Shown here: positions 1 through 9,400 of the stretch, one piece after another | Layout: every line of letters begins with the position of its first letter | Numbering within the stretch: the stretch's first letter is position 1 | Assembly (NCBI GenBank): GCA_963793305.1 | Contig: CAWBZV010000003.1 | Coordinates: 160,001 to 224,000 of the forward strand | Direction of reading: 5' to 3' | Source of the DNA: an uncultured Gemmatimonadales bacterium | GTDB taxonomy: Bacteria; Gemmatimonadota; Gemmatimonadetes; Gemmatimonadales; Gemmatimonadaceae | DNA: 64,000 nt | The notes under the pieces: model-generated | Seen by the model: the letters and a program-made list of their open reading frames with translations, nothing else | What the model was told of the DNA's origin: nothing | Databases searched by the model: none | Program-made: the position numbers and the translations under genes

Positions 1-399
1 CACGCCGAGCGAACGAGCGCCGGCGCTGATCACGAGGTCGAGCGGCAGACGACGCCGGCGCCGGCCGTCGCGCGCCTGGCCGCGGCGCTCGATGCGGCGA
101 TGAGCGAGGACGACCGCATGTTGGCCACGTGGCTCGCGAATGGCATCGCGCAGCAGCAGATCGCCGATTGGGTCGGCGTGAGCTATCCGGCGCTGTGCAA
201 GCGCGTCAGTCGTCTCCGCGCACGGCTGCGTACCGTCGCCGAGCGTCACGTGAGCGCGTCGAGCACTGACGATCGTCGCGCGCTGGCGCCGTTCCTGAAG
301 CTCGAAGAGCTCGGCGCAGCCGAGCTCAGGCCAACCGACCAGTCGAGCAGCGCGGAACGCGGTGCATCGACGCGCGGCGGAGCCGCGCCTCTGGTATGA
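1..399 (+). CDS. Sigma-70 region 4-like / ECF sigma factor C-terminal HTH (5' truncated by window edge)
   Basis: Frame is open from base 1; DDRMLATWLANGIAQQQIADWVGVSYPALCKRVSRLRARL resembles a sigma region 4 HTH; stop overlaps the next start (ATGA at 396-399). Confidence 0.55.
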   Translation, partial: HAERTSAGADHEVERQTTPAPAVARLAAALDAAMSEDDRMLATWLANGIAQQQIADWVGVSYPALCKRVSRLRARLRTVAERHVSASSTDDRRALAPFLKLEELGAAELRPTDQSSSAERGASTRGGAAPLV

Positions 400-1124
400 G
401 CGACTCTATGAGCGACTCTCAGGGCGAGCTGTTCGAGCGGAGCTCACACGAGCCCGAGCACGACCCGTCGGACGCGCTGATCGACCTCGTCGGCAAGCGC
501 GTTGTTCCGGCATTGGGCTCGCGGCGATTCTGGGATTGGTACACGCGCGCGTGTCGCGCCGGACAAACCGCCGACGAACGGCGTGAGACCGAGTCCGGCG
601 TCACGGCATTTCTCGATCGCGTGGGCGCGCGACTCGCGACGCTCGACGCACCACTCGTTCGCGTTGCGGGCGCGGCGCCGCGACATGCGGCACTCATAGT
701 AGGTCCCGTCTCGCAAGTGTTGACGCCGGCGCTCGCCTCCGGCGCCGCGCCACTCGTCGAGGCCGGCGTGGCCGCGGGCGCCGGCCGCGAATTGTGGGAC
801 GAAGTGACGGACGCGTGGGTGGCGGTGCCGAACGACTTGCCGGCGCGACGCTACGTCGCGATGCGCGTGAGCGGCGATAGCATGACGCCGCTGCTCCACT
901 CCGACGATGTCGTGCTCATCGACCTTGACAACAACGATACAACCGCGGGTTCGATCATCGTCGCGCGCAACAACGACGATGGCTACGTGGTGAAACAGGT
1001 CACCGCCACCGATGGTTTCGACATCGTTCTCGGTTCACTCAACCCCGCGTATGCACCGATGCGCATCACATCTTCGAGTGGAGTAGTACTCGGTCGCGTC
1101 GTGCTGCGATGGTGCGAGCACTGA
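396..1124 (+). CDS. S24 family (LexA/UmuD/CI-like) autopeptidase-domain protein without a recognisable N-terminal HTH
   Basis: Cleavage-site-like GVAAG, catalytic Ser motif RVSGDSM, Lys motif YVVKQ, SLNPAY and C-terminal LGRVV. Confidence 0.85.
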   Translation: MSDSMSDSQGELFERSSHEPEHDPSDALIDLVGKRVVPALGSRRFWDWYTRACRAGQTADERRETESGVTAFLDRVGARLATLDAPLVRVAGAAPRHAALIVGPVSQVLTPALASGAAPLVEAGVAAGAGRELWDEVTDAWVAVPNDLPARRYVAMRVSGDSMTPLLHSDDVVLIDLDNNDTTAGSIIVARNNDDGYVVKQVTATDGFDIVLGSLNPAYAPMRITSSSGVVLGRVVLRWCEH

Positions 1125-1215
1125 GATATTTCTCTTTGGCACCTGCAAACCCTGACACCACGTGCGGCATCTCATCGTACGAACAGCAGGAACCCCAAGA
1201 CAACAGGGAGATGAG

Positions 1216-1600
1216 ATGCGGAAGTGGTATTCGGGCGCTGCCCTCGCGGTGGCGCTCATGGGAGCGGTCGCGTTTACGAACGCCTCGCGCACGAACGAAA
1301 CGGCGCCGATCGAAGGCCGCGTGATGGACTTGGAAGGTCTCATCATTCAGCGCGCCCACGTGCGCGTCACCGATGAGACGACGGGCGCGTCGACCGAGAC
1401 GCTGAGTCAGATGAATGGCCGATTCGTGATCGCGAATCTCGAGCCGTCGCACACGTACGCGGTCGATGTCCGCGCAATTGGCTTCGTGCCGTACCACGCG
1501 TCGGGAATTCACCCGACATCAGCGGGTGCTGCGCTGGCCGACGTTCTCGATGGAGCCGATCCCGCCGCTGTCGTCGACGCTCCGCGTAGCCGCTCGTTAG
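1216..1600 (+). CDS. Small secreted carboxypeptidase-regulatory-like (Cna-B/prealbumin fold) protein; apparent +1 frameshift near 1545
   Basis: Signal peptide MRKWYSGAALAVALMGAVA; IEGRVMD...AHVRVTDETTG...NGRFVIANL...YAVDVRAIGF; removing one base at GACGTTC (1540-1546) gives a stop at 1600 abutting the convergent gene. Confidence 0.7.
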
Positions 1601-2613
1601 ACGAGCGGCATCACTTGCTCGGAGAACCGCTCCATCTCTTCGCGCTGCGGGCTGGATTGGAGCAACAGGAGATCAACGCCGGCGGCCGCGAATGCGCGGA
1701 TCCGCTCGGCCACGATCTCCGGCGTGCCGACGAGCTCGGCCCGCAGGCCGCGGTTGGAGACCGAGTAGTCCTCGAGACTGACGGCTTGCTCGAGCTTCGT
1801 GTTGGCGAGCCAGTCCTGGTAGTTGCCGTAACCAGGAGTGCCGGGCGAGACGTTGGTGATACGTGACTTCTCTCGCTCGGCCTCTTCCAGCGTGTCGCGC
1901 ACGATCGCGTAGGCCGCCATACCGTAGGTCATTGGCACCTTGCCGGTGGCGGCACGACGCTGGCGCATGTCGGCGATCTTTGGCGCGATGCGCTCCGGTG
2001 GGTCGCCGTGCATCACGTAGGCGTCGCACCGTGACGAGATGAGCGTCTTCGCCGCCTCGGATTCGCCGCCGGCGTAAATCACGGGAGCGCGGACCGGCTT
2101 TGGCGCCAAGACGGTCTCGTCGACAGAGTAATACTTGCCCTTGTGCGTGAACGTCTCGTTGCACCACGCGCCCTGAATGACCGCGAGCCACTCGTCGGTG
2201 CGCGCGTAGCGATCGTCGTGCTGCTCGAAGTGCACGCCGTAGCGCCGCGCTTCGTCGGCCCACCAGCTGGAGACGACGTTGAGCGACAGGCGCCCGTTCG
2301 AAATGCGATCGATATTCGCGGCCTGCTTGGCGAGAATCGCCGGATTGTGGAACGTCGGCCGCACCGCGACCATGAGCTCGAGCTTCTCGGTGACGGCCGC
2401 GAGCGCGGCAGCCGTGGACCACGCATCGAGCGCCGGCGCGTAGATGCCCTTGATGTCGTTCAGAAACAACTCGGCGATCAGCGTCAGATCGTAGCCGATC
2501 TGCTCGCTGCGCCGCGCCAAGTCGCGCGAGTACTCCCACGTGGCGGCCATCTGTTCGTCGGGGACATTGCGAAGCCAGCCCCCGAACACGGGCATCCAAT
2601 AGCCGTAGCGCAT
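1597..2613 (-). CDS. LLM-class flavin-dependent monooxygenase (SfnG/SsuD-like)
   Basis: YGYWMPVFGGWL, LIAELFLNDIKG, AKQAANIDRISNGRLSLNVVSSWW, IYAGGES, LVGTPEIVAERI. Confidence 0.85.
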   Translation of the reverse strand: MRYGYWMPVFGGWLRNVPDEQMAATWEYSRDLARRSEQIGYDLTLIAELFLNDIKGIYAPALDAWSTAAALAAVTEKLELMVAVRPTFHNPAILAKQAANIDRISNGRLSLNVVSSWWADEARRYGVHFEQHDDRYARTDEWLAVIQGAWCNETFTHKGKYYSVDETVLAPKPVRAPVIYAGGESEAAKTLISSRCDAYVMHGDPPERIAPKIADMRQRRAATGKVPMTYGMAAYAIVRDTLEEAEREKSRITNVSPGTPGYGNYQDWLANTKLEQAVSLEDYSVSNRGLRAELVGTPEIVAERIRAFAAAGVDLLLLQSSPQREEMERFSEQVMPLV

Positions 2614-3560
2614 CAGTCGAGGCGAGTGAGGAGATAGTCGACGAGCCGCTCGTGCGGATCAAACCCGACCACGTTCCGCGCATTGGCCACGAAATTGGAC
2701 AGCGCGTTCACATCGTAGAAGTAGTACTCGCCATCGCGATCGTCGACGAGGACTTCGATGCCACCGACGTCCAAGTCGACATGCCGCGCGATATTCTCGA
2801 CGGCCCGGATGATCTCGGCCGGCGGATTGGCCTTCTCGACGCGCATGCCGTTCTTCGGCGCATCGAGCGCACACGCCGATCGGGTCAGCGCCTTCCCGTC
2901 CGTGGTCTGACACACATCGGCCGGGCACAGGTTGTACGAGTCCTCGGCCGGGAACACGTTGATCGCGTACAAGAATTCCCCGCCCAGCGTTTCGAGGCGG
3001 GTGATATGACCATTACGGAGCGGGGCGAGCTCCTGGACGAGCGCGACGCCGTCCACGCCAAAGTCGAGCGACCCCTGCTCGGCCGCCGTGATCAGGCCGG
3101 CCTCATCGTCGAACCGCGTGATCCCGGCACCGCTCCCACCCACGTTCGCCTTGACCAGAATCGGGTACCGGAGCCCCTGCGCCGCCTCGACCGCGGTGGC
3201 GCCAGAGTTTGCGACACCGGTACGGGGATAGGGCAGCCCGAGGGCCGCCAAAGCGTCGAGCTGTATGGCCTTGGACGTGTCCATGGCATACGCCGATGCC
3301 CCGTTGACGACGGGGACGCCGACGCGGGCCAAGTGCCGCAGCCACTGGAGCGTATAGAACGTCGACTGGCTGTGCCCCCGAAGGTAGGCCGAGGGCGAGG
3401 CGCGGTTGAACACGAGGCTATAGGGAACCTCGGTCTCGGACGGATTGTAACGATGCGCGGCGGCATCGAGGCGGACATATGGAACGCGACGCCGGTCGAG
3501 CTCCGTGAACAGCGGGCGAAACCAGTCGGGGTGCTCGTGGTAGATCGCGATGGGTTTCAT
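2613..3560 (-). CDS. ATP-grasp ligase (RimK / glutathione synthetase-like)
   Basis: Start MKPIAIYHEHPDWF; YPILVKANVGGSGAGI, ALVQE, DVGGIEVLVD, YFYDVNALSNF; 1-bp overlap with the LLM gene. Confidence 0.8.
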   Translation of the reverse strand: MKPIAIYHEHPDWFRPLFTELDRRRVPYVRLDAAAHRYNPSETEVPYSLVFNRASPSAYLRGHSQSTFYTLQWLRHLARVGVPVVNGASAYAMDTSKAIQLDALAALGLPYPRTGVANSGATAVEAAQGLRYPILVKANVGGSGAGITRFDDEAGLITAAEQGSLDFGVDGVALVQELAPLRNGHITRLETLGGEFLYAINVFPAEDSYNLCPADVCQTTDGKALTRSACALDAPKNGMRVEKANPPAEIIRAVENIARHVDLDVGGIEVLVDDRDGEYYFYDVNALSNFVANARNVVGFDPHERLVDYLLTRLD

Positions 3561-3587
3561 ATTGTATAATCTACATGTGCGAACAAC

Positions 3588-4679
3588 TTGGCGATGACGA
3601 CTCCTCCGACTCCCCCTCCCAGCGGCGCCCCGGAGGCGAAGGGCGGTATCCGCACGTTGGTTACGCGTGGCGTGATCATCGTGTTGGTCATTATAGGACT
3701 CATTTGGGGCGTCAAGAAATTCCTCTACGCCCAGACGCACGAGACCACCGACGACGCACAACTCGCGGGGCACGTCGTCCCGGTCATCCCCAAGGTTGCG
3801 GGCTACGTCCAGCGCGTGCTCGTGGCCGACAATCAGCCGATCAACGTCGGCGATACCCTGGTCGTGCTCGACCCGCGCGACTATACGGTGGCCTTGGACC
3901 AGGCGCAGGCGAACCTCCGGGGCGGCAACGCATCGGGCCGGGCCGGCACCGCCGCCCAGGCGATCAAGGCCGCCCAAGCCCAGCACGCGGCGCTGACCGC
4001 TGATATCGCCGTCGCGCAAGCGAACTTCGATCGCGCCGAGCGTGACGTCGCGAGGTATCGCGATCTCGCGGCGAAGAAGATCGTCTCGGACCAGCAGCTC
4101 GACCAAGCGATCGCGGCGGACAAGGCCGCGGCCGCCCAACTCGCCGCGGCCGAAGCCCAGGCCGCGAGCGGTGGTGCCAACGTCGCGGGCGCGGGGTTCG
4201 AGGAAGCGAACGCCGACTTCCGCGTGTCGAGTCTCCAGGCCGCGGTCGCGAACGCGCGGCTGCAGCTCGCCTACACCATCCTGACGGCGCCGGTCAAAGG
4301 GTACATCTCGAAGAAGTCGGTCGAGATCGGCCAGTACGTGCAGGCGGGCCAGCAGGTCATGGCCATCGTCGAGAGCGACACCGCCTGGGTGATCGCGAAC
4401 GTGAAAGAGACGCAGCTGCGCGACATCAAGGTCGGTCAGCGCGCCGAGGTGTCCGTCGACGCGTTCCGCGGGAAGCCGCTCACCGGCACCGTCCAGTCTA
4501 TCCAGGACGCGACCGGCGCCACTTTCGCGCTGCTTCCGCCCGACAACGCGACCGGCAACTTCACGAAGATCGTGCAGCGCGTGCCGGTCAAGATCGCGCT
4601 CGACTCGACGCACTGGAACGGCCGCCCGCTGTCGCCCGGGCTTTCGGTCGAAGTCTCGATCGATACCAAGTCACACTGA
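3588..4679 (+). CDS. HlyD/EmrA-family membrane fusion (efflux adaptor) protein
   Basis: N-terminal TM, ETTDDAQ, PKVAGYV, coiled coil, FALLPPDNATGNFTKIVQRVPVKI. Confidence 0.92.
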   Translation: MAMTTPPTPPPSGAPEAKGGIRTLVTRGVIIVLVIIGLIWGVKKFLYAQTHETTDDAQLAGHVVPVIPKVAGYVQRVLVADNQPINVGDTLVVLDPRDYTVALDQAQANLRGGNASGRAGTAAQAIKAAQAQHAALTADIAVAQANFDRAERDVARYRDLAAKKIVSDQQLDQAIAADKAAAAQLAAAEAQAASGGANVAGAGFEEANADFRVSSLQAAVANARLQLAYTILTAPVKGYISKKSVEIGQYVQAGQQVMAIVESDTAWVIANVKETQLRDIKVGQRAEVSVDAFRGKPLTGTVQSIQDATGATFALLPPDNATGNFTKIVQRVPVKIALDSTHWNGRPLSPGLSVEVSIDTKSH

Positions 4680-4686
4680 ACGGCCT

Positions 4687-5793
4687 GTGGCCAGTGTCAC
4701 GTTGGAAGGCGTGCGAAAAGTCTATGACAGCGCGCCCACGAACATCGTGGTGCGCGACGTCAGCTTGCGCGTCGACGATGGAGAGTTCGTCGTGCTCGTC
4801 GGGCCGTCAGGCTGTGGGAAAACGACCACGCTCAGAATGATCGCGGGGCTGGAGTCGGTGACCGGGGGGCGGTTGCTCATCGACGATCGGGTCGTGAACG
4901 ACGTGGCGCCGAAGGACCGCGATATCGCGATGGTGTTTCAGAACTACGCGCTCTACCCGCACATGACCGTGCGCGAGAACATGGCCTTCGCGCTCGTGCT
5001 CCGGAAGCTCGCTCCATCCGACATCGCCGCGCGCGTCGCGCAAGCCGCCGAGGTCCTCGGGCTCACCGACGTGCTGGATCGCACGCCGAAAGAGCTCTCC
5101 GGCGGCCAGCGCCAACGGGTCGCTATCGGGCGCGCGATCGTGCGACAGCCGCGCGTATTTCTCTTCGACGAGCCGCTATCGAACCTCGACGCGAAACTCC
5201 GCCTCGAGATGCGCCGCGAGATCGCGCGCCTGCATCGCGAGCTCGGCGCGACCATGATCTACGTCACGCACGATCAGGTCGAGGCCATGACCCTCGGCGA
5301 TCGCATCGCCGTCATGAACCGCGGCGCGGTGCAACAAGTCGACGCACCGCGCGCACTCTACGACCGCCCCGCGAACCGCTTCGTCGCGACGTTTATCGGC
5401 AGCCCCGCCATGAACATGATCGACGGAACGATCGCGAGCGTTGACGGGCGCTTCGCGTTCCGCACGGCGACCGGCGCGCTGGCGTTCGAGGGCGTACCCG
5501 CGCTGAGCACCTACGTGGGCCGCACCCTGACACTCGGCGTGCGCCCGGAGCATCTCGTGCCGCTGGCCAACGGTCGCGCGCCAACGCGTGCCGCAATCAT
5601 ACGAACGCGTGTCGAGCTCATCGAACCGCTCGGCAGCGAAGTCCTCCTCCACGTACGCTCGGCCGACGGCGAGCTCACGGCCCGCGTCGCGCCCGACGTT
5701 ACACCGCCGGTCGGCACCGAGATCGATCTCGCGCTCGATCTCGCCCACGTACACTATTTCGACCCGGCGACAGAGCAGCGCATTCCGACATGA
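4687..5793 (+). CDS. Carbohydrate ABC transporter ATP-binding protein (MalK/UgpC/MsmX type)
   Basis: GPSGCGKT, VFQNYALYPHM, LSGGQRQRVA, LFDEPLSNLDA, C-terminal TOBE region. Confidence 0.95.
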   Translation: MASVTLEGVRKVYDSAPTNIVVRDVSLRVDDGEFVVLVGPSGCGKTTTLRMIAGLESVTGGRLLIDDRVVNDVAPKDRDIAMVFQNYALYPHMTVRENMAFALVLRKLAPSDIAARVAQAAEVLGLTDVLDRTPKELSGGQRQRVAIGRAIVRQPRVFLFDEPLSNLDAKLRLEMRREIARLHRELGATMIYVTHDQVEAMTLGDRIAVMNRGAVQQVDAPRALYDRPANRFVATFIGSPAMNMIDGTIASVDGRFAFRTATGALAFEGVPALSTYVGRTLTLGVRPEHLVPLANGRAPTRAAIIRTRVELIEPLGSEVLLHVRSADGELTARVAPDVTPPVGTEIDLALDLAHVHYFDPATEQRIPT

Positions 5794-6053
5794 TCACGAT
5801 TGTCGGCGTCATTGGCGGCCTTCTGTTCCTATTCTGCCTCACATTCGGCGTTCGTAAACGCCAACCGCTGGCCATTATCGCCGCTTTCCTCCTGCTGGCG
5901 ACATTCTACTGTTGGTGGGAATTCCTGACGGCGGCGATGCTCACCGGCAGCCGACTCGCCGCGGAAATCTGGTTCGCGGCCGGCACGCTGAGCCTCGTGC
6001 TGGCCGGCGTCCTGGCGTTCATCGCATGGCGACGTTCATCCGGTTCGCGGTAG
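5790..6053 (+). CDS. Small hypothetical membrane protein (3 TM)
   Basis: ATGA overlap with the upstream gene; three hydrophobic stretches in 87 aa. Confidence 0.6.
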   Translation: MITIVGVIGGLLFLFCLTFGVRKRQPLAIIAAFLLLATFYCWWEFLTAAMLTGSRLAAEIWFAAGTLSLVLAGVLAFIAWRRSSGSR

Positions 6054-6241
6054 CTAACCGCGACACGTTCTCCGACCAGCAACAGGGCGTGTTCACCGCT
6101 CTGTACGCGCTCAAACGCGCCGGCGCGCTCCTGACGCACGCGCGCCACGGAGGTGGGGCGCCGAGATCGACCTCGCCGTCGATATCGCGAAGGTTCGCTT
6201 CTTCGACCCGTCGGATCAGCGCCTCGGCCAACCGCGGCTGA
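6026..6241 (+). pseudogene. Possible truncated hypothetical gene remnant
   Basis: MATFIRFAVANRDTFSDQQQGVFTALYALKRAGAL looks protein-like, then the frame turns into low-complexity sequence. Confidence 0.3.
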
Positions 6242-6267
6242 CTGACGCATTGGGCATTTGCACGATT

Positions 6268-6305
6268 TGCGCGGCCACCGCGCAAATTTGCACGCCATTC
6301 GCGCA
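6268..6305. promoter_or_regulatory. Tandem NtrC-like enhancer-binding-protein sites
   Basis: TGCGC-N7-GCGCA (6268-6284, inside a perfect 10-bp inverted repeat 6265-6287) and TGCAC-N7-GCGCA (6289-6305), 21 bp apart. Confidence 0.5.
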
Positions 6306-6380
6306 AATGGCGCATACGTACCATGCGGGATCAGCAGCACAATGATCTACGCTGCAACGTGTTGCGCGAAACTGGCGGCA

Positions 6381-6396
6381 TGGCACCCGGGATGCA
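6381..6396 (+). promoter_or_regulatory. Sigma54 (RpoN) -24/-12 promoter upstream of the RHS gene
   Basis: TGGCACCCGGGATGCA has GG-N10-GC and resembles the TGGCAC-N5-TTGCA consensus; 40 bp before the ATG, with a GGAGG SD downstream. Confidence 0.65.
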
Positions 6397-6435
6397 AATC
6401 CCTTACGGCCGACTCTTGCACTCGGAGGCCGGCTC

Positions 6436-9400
6436 ATGTCCCCCCGTCGATGGCTGTGCGCGCTACTCACGCTCGTCGCGTCAATCAGCGCCATAGCCAC
6501 ACTCGCTCCACGAGCGTCTGCTCAACAAGAAGGAGTGATTGGCAAACCCAGGCCATTCATCTGCACGCCGGGGCAACCCGGATGCCACACGTACCCGCCG
6601 TCGGTGACAATCAGCCCGGGCACCAGCTCGTACTTCTCGCCGACGCTCGCGGTGACCGTGACGTTCTGCGACAGCGTCTCCTTCAGCGCCGACACGATCT
6701 ACCTGAACAACGTGAATAAAACGAGCACGTTGACCGAGACGACGCCGTCGGGAACGGGTCAGTGCGCCGTGCAACGCAAGTACACGGGCAACATCACGCT
6801 GGTCGCGGGTTCGAACACGCTCAGAGCGGTCGCCTACAATGACTTCTCGGGGAACCTCACGAGCACCAGTGGCTCAGTGACGTATACGTATACCGTCCCG
6901 ACTTATAGCGTGACCGTCACGCCGACGGTGACCCAGGAGAACGTGTCGCCCGGACAAAACGGGACGCTGACGTTCACCGTGAAGAATACCGGGAACGTGA
7001 CCAATTCATTCACGTTTACGCCGGATTGCTCAGGGGTCGTCGTCGCATCGTGCGGCACGCCATCGCCCGCGTCCGCATCGAATCTCGCATCCGGCGGCAC
7101 GGTCAGCGTCACGGAGCCCTTCACGGTGAGCAACGCCGCCGGTTCATCCGGATCGGTTGGCATCTCGGCGGCCGGGAGCGGCGGCGCGAACGGAGCGGGC
7201 ACCACCACGATCACGACCCTCCCCGCGGCCGGCCTCGACGTCGTCGACGCGAATCCCGGTGCCAGCTTCAATCGCACGAACTGTCTCACCGTGCGTGTCG
7301 CCCCGCGCTCGGCGTTCGAGTGCGGCGATTTGCGCATCACGCACCCAATGGGCTCCATACGCACCTACGGCAAGCTGCGGACGCCGACGCTGATCTACAA
7401 TTGGCGATTCGCGACGCCCGCGCCGAACATTGGCGCGCTGCTGACGATCCCCGCGGGCTCGTCGTCGCTCGACAGCGTCAACGGCACGCTCTACATCTGG
7501 CCGCATAACCAACCATCCATGTCGCAAGTCGCGATGACGGGCTGGTGGTCCGGGGCCGAGTGGAACCACGCGTTGACGCAAGTGACGCGGCGCATTCAGC
7601 TGTCGTGGGGCGGGTACATTTCGGCCAGCGGCTACTACGATTTTGCTTTTGCGACGAAGCGCCACTACGGCACCGTGCTCGCCCAGGACTCCTCAGTCGG
7701 CCATTTCGTATTCGTGAACCGGTGGACGAGCCCGTTCGGCGCCGGCTGGTGGCTCGCCGGCTACGAGTCGATCCAGTTCTACTCCGACGGGATCTCGTGG
7801 ATCGGCGGTGACGGCAGCACGCAATGGTACACACGGCCCGGCAACACCGGGTCCGTCTGGTACCCCCAGACGTATGTGGGCGAGCGCGATTCGATCACGC
7901 AGAACGGCAGCCAGTACGTGCGCTCCGCCGCGCACGGCGCCCAAGTCGTCTTCAACTCGCTCGGCCAGCACGTACAGACGATCGATCGCCTGGGGCACGC
8001 GACCACCTTCGCCGTGCATACGGGTGCCAGCCGCCTCGACACGCTGACCGTGCCGACGCCGACGGGGAAAGTCTCCTACTACTTCTTCTACAGGGGCGAC
8101 GCTGGCGTCGCCGACACGACACTCGTAGAAGTGGAAGCGCCAGCCGGACTGACCATATTCGCCGACACGCTAGAAGCGACCGGCGCGACGAAAAGCTTCT
8201 CGAGCATCGCCGACATTGACGGCTTCCATACGTACTTCTCCTACGATCCGGACGGCGGGGGCCAGACGCGCATCCTGACGCGCATCGACCGGCTGGGCAC
8301 CACGACGTTGTTCAGCTTCGGGATGGGTGGTGAAAATCTCGGATTCACGACCATCCAGATGCAGCAAGGGGCTGGACACGATATCGAGCACACGTTCTCG
8401 ACAGAGAACGGGTTCGGGCAGGCGGCGCCGTGGATCCCCGAGTCGCAAACGCACTCGGCGAACCCCGACTCCGTCTCCGTACAAATCAACGGTCCGCGCT
8501 TCAACGCTATGGATGGCGATTCGACAGACTACACGATCGTCTGGATCGACCGATGGTGGCAGCCGGATTCCATCCAAGACGCGCACAGGAACATGACGCG
8601 CCTGACGCGAGCCAACGCCACCTACCCGGCGGCCGTGACGCGCACGCAGTACCCGGACGGCCGGATCGTCGGCGCCACGTATGACGCACGCGGGAACCCC
8701 GCGAGTGTCACGGATTCGAGCATGCAGGTCGCCGGCGCCTACCCGACGACGACCTACCAGTTCGATGGCCGCTGGGACTTCGACACGCTGACCACCTTAC
8801 CACTCGGCGAGACCATTCATGACAGCCTGGATGCGCTCGGGAATGTCGCCTGGCATCAGCTGGGCATGTCCACCGCGCATCGTACGGTGTTCAACTACGC
8901 GGACCCATGCGGACTGGTGCAGCACGTGACCGAGCCGGGCAGCACGCAACCATGGGCGTACCAGTACGATGGCACTCTCTGCAATCTGTCCATCCGGACC
9001 ACGCCCAACGTCTACTACACCGACATTGCCACCGATGCGCTGGGACGTGTCACGAGCGTTCGGACTGCCATCGACTCCAACGATAAGAACCAGCCTCCGA
9101 ACAATCCCTCGGTGGAATCCCATTACTACGATTTAATGGATCGTGACACGCTGACCACCACGACGGGTCCGGCGGAGGCGACGATCCCGGGATCCACCGC
9201 CCAGACGATCTCGGTCGAACGCAAGTACGACTATGAGGGGAATGTGGTCGCGGTGAACCGGACCGCGAGTCCGGACAGCAATCAGATCGGGACACTCCAC
9301 ACGGCGACCGTCTACGACCGCGCGTACCGGCCCATCGCCGACACGGCCGTGAACGGGGCCGTGACAACGCGAAAGTTCGATCCGGCGGGCAACCTCGATA

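Noticed and set aside
396..419. 12-bp tandem duplication ATGAGCGACTCT x2 at the S24 gene start
   Set aside because: Only two copies, in frame (MSDSMSDS); no evidence of phase variation or an array.
1137..1152. TTGGCAC as a sigma54 promoter before the small secreted protein
   Set aside because: No GC at the -12 position (GG-N10-CC).
2613..4613. 666-aa minus-strand ORF and other long antisense or alternate-frame ORFs (e.g. 13180-14907, 18349-20052, 37597-39096, 52367-54277, upstream part of 36341-38755)
   Set aside because: They shadow well-supported genes and are Arg/Ala/Pro-rich without motifs, as expected in high-GC DNA; only 2613-3560 of the first is coding.
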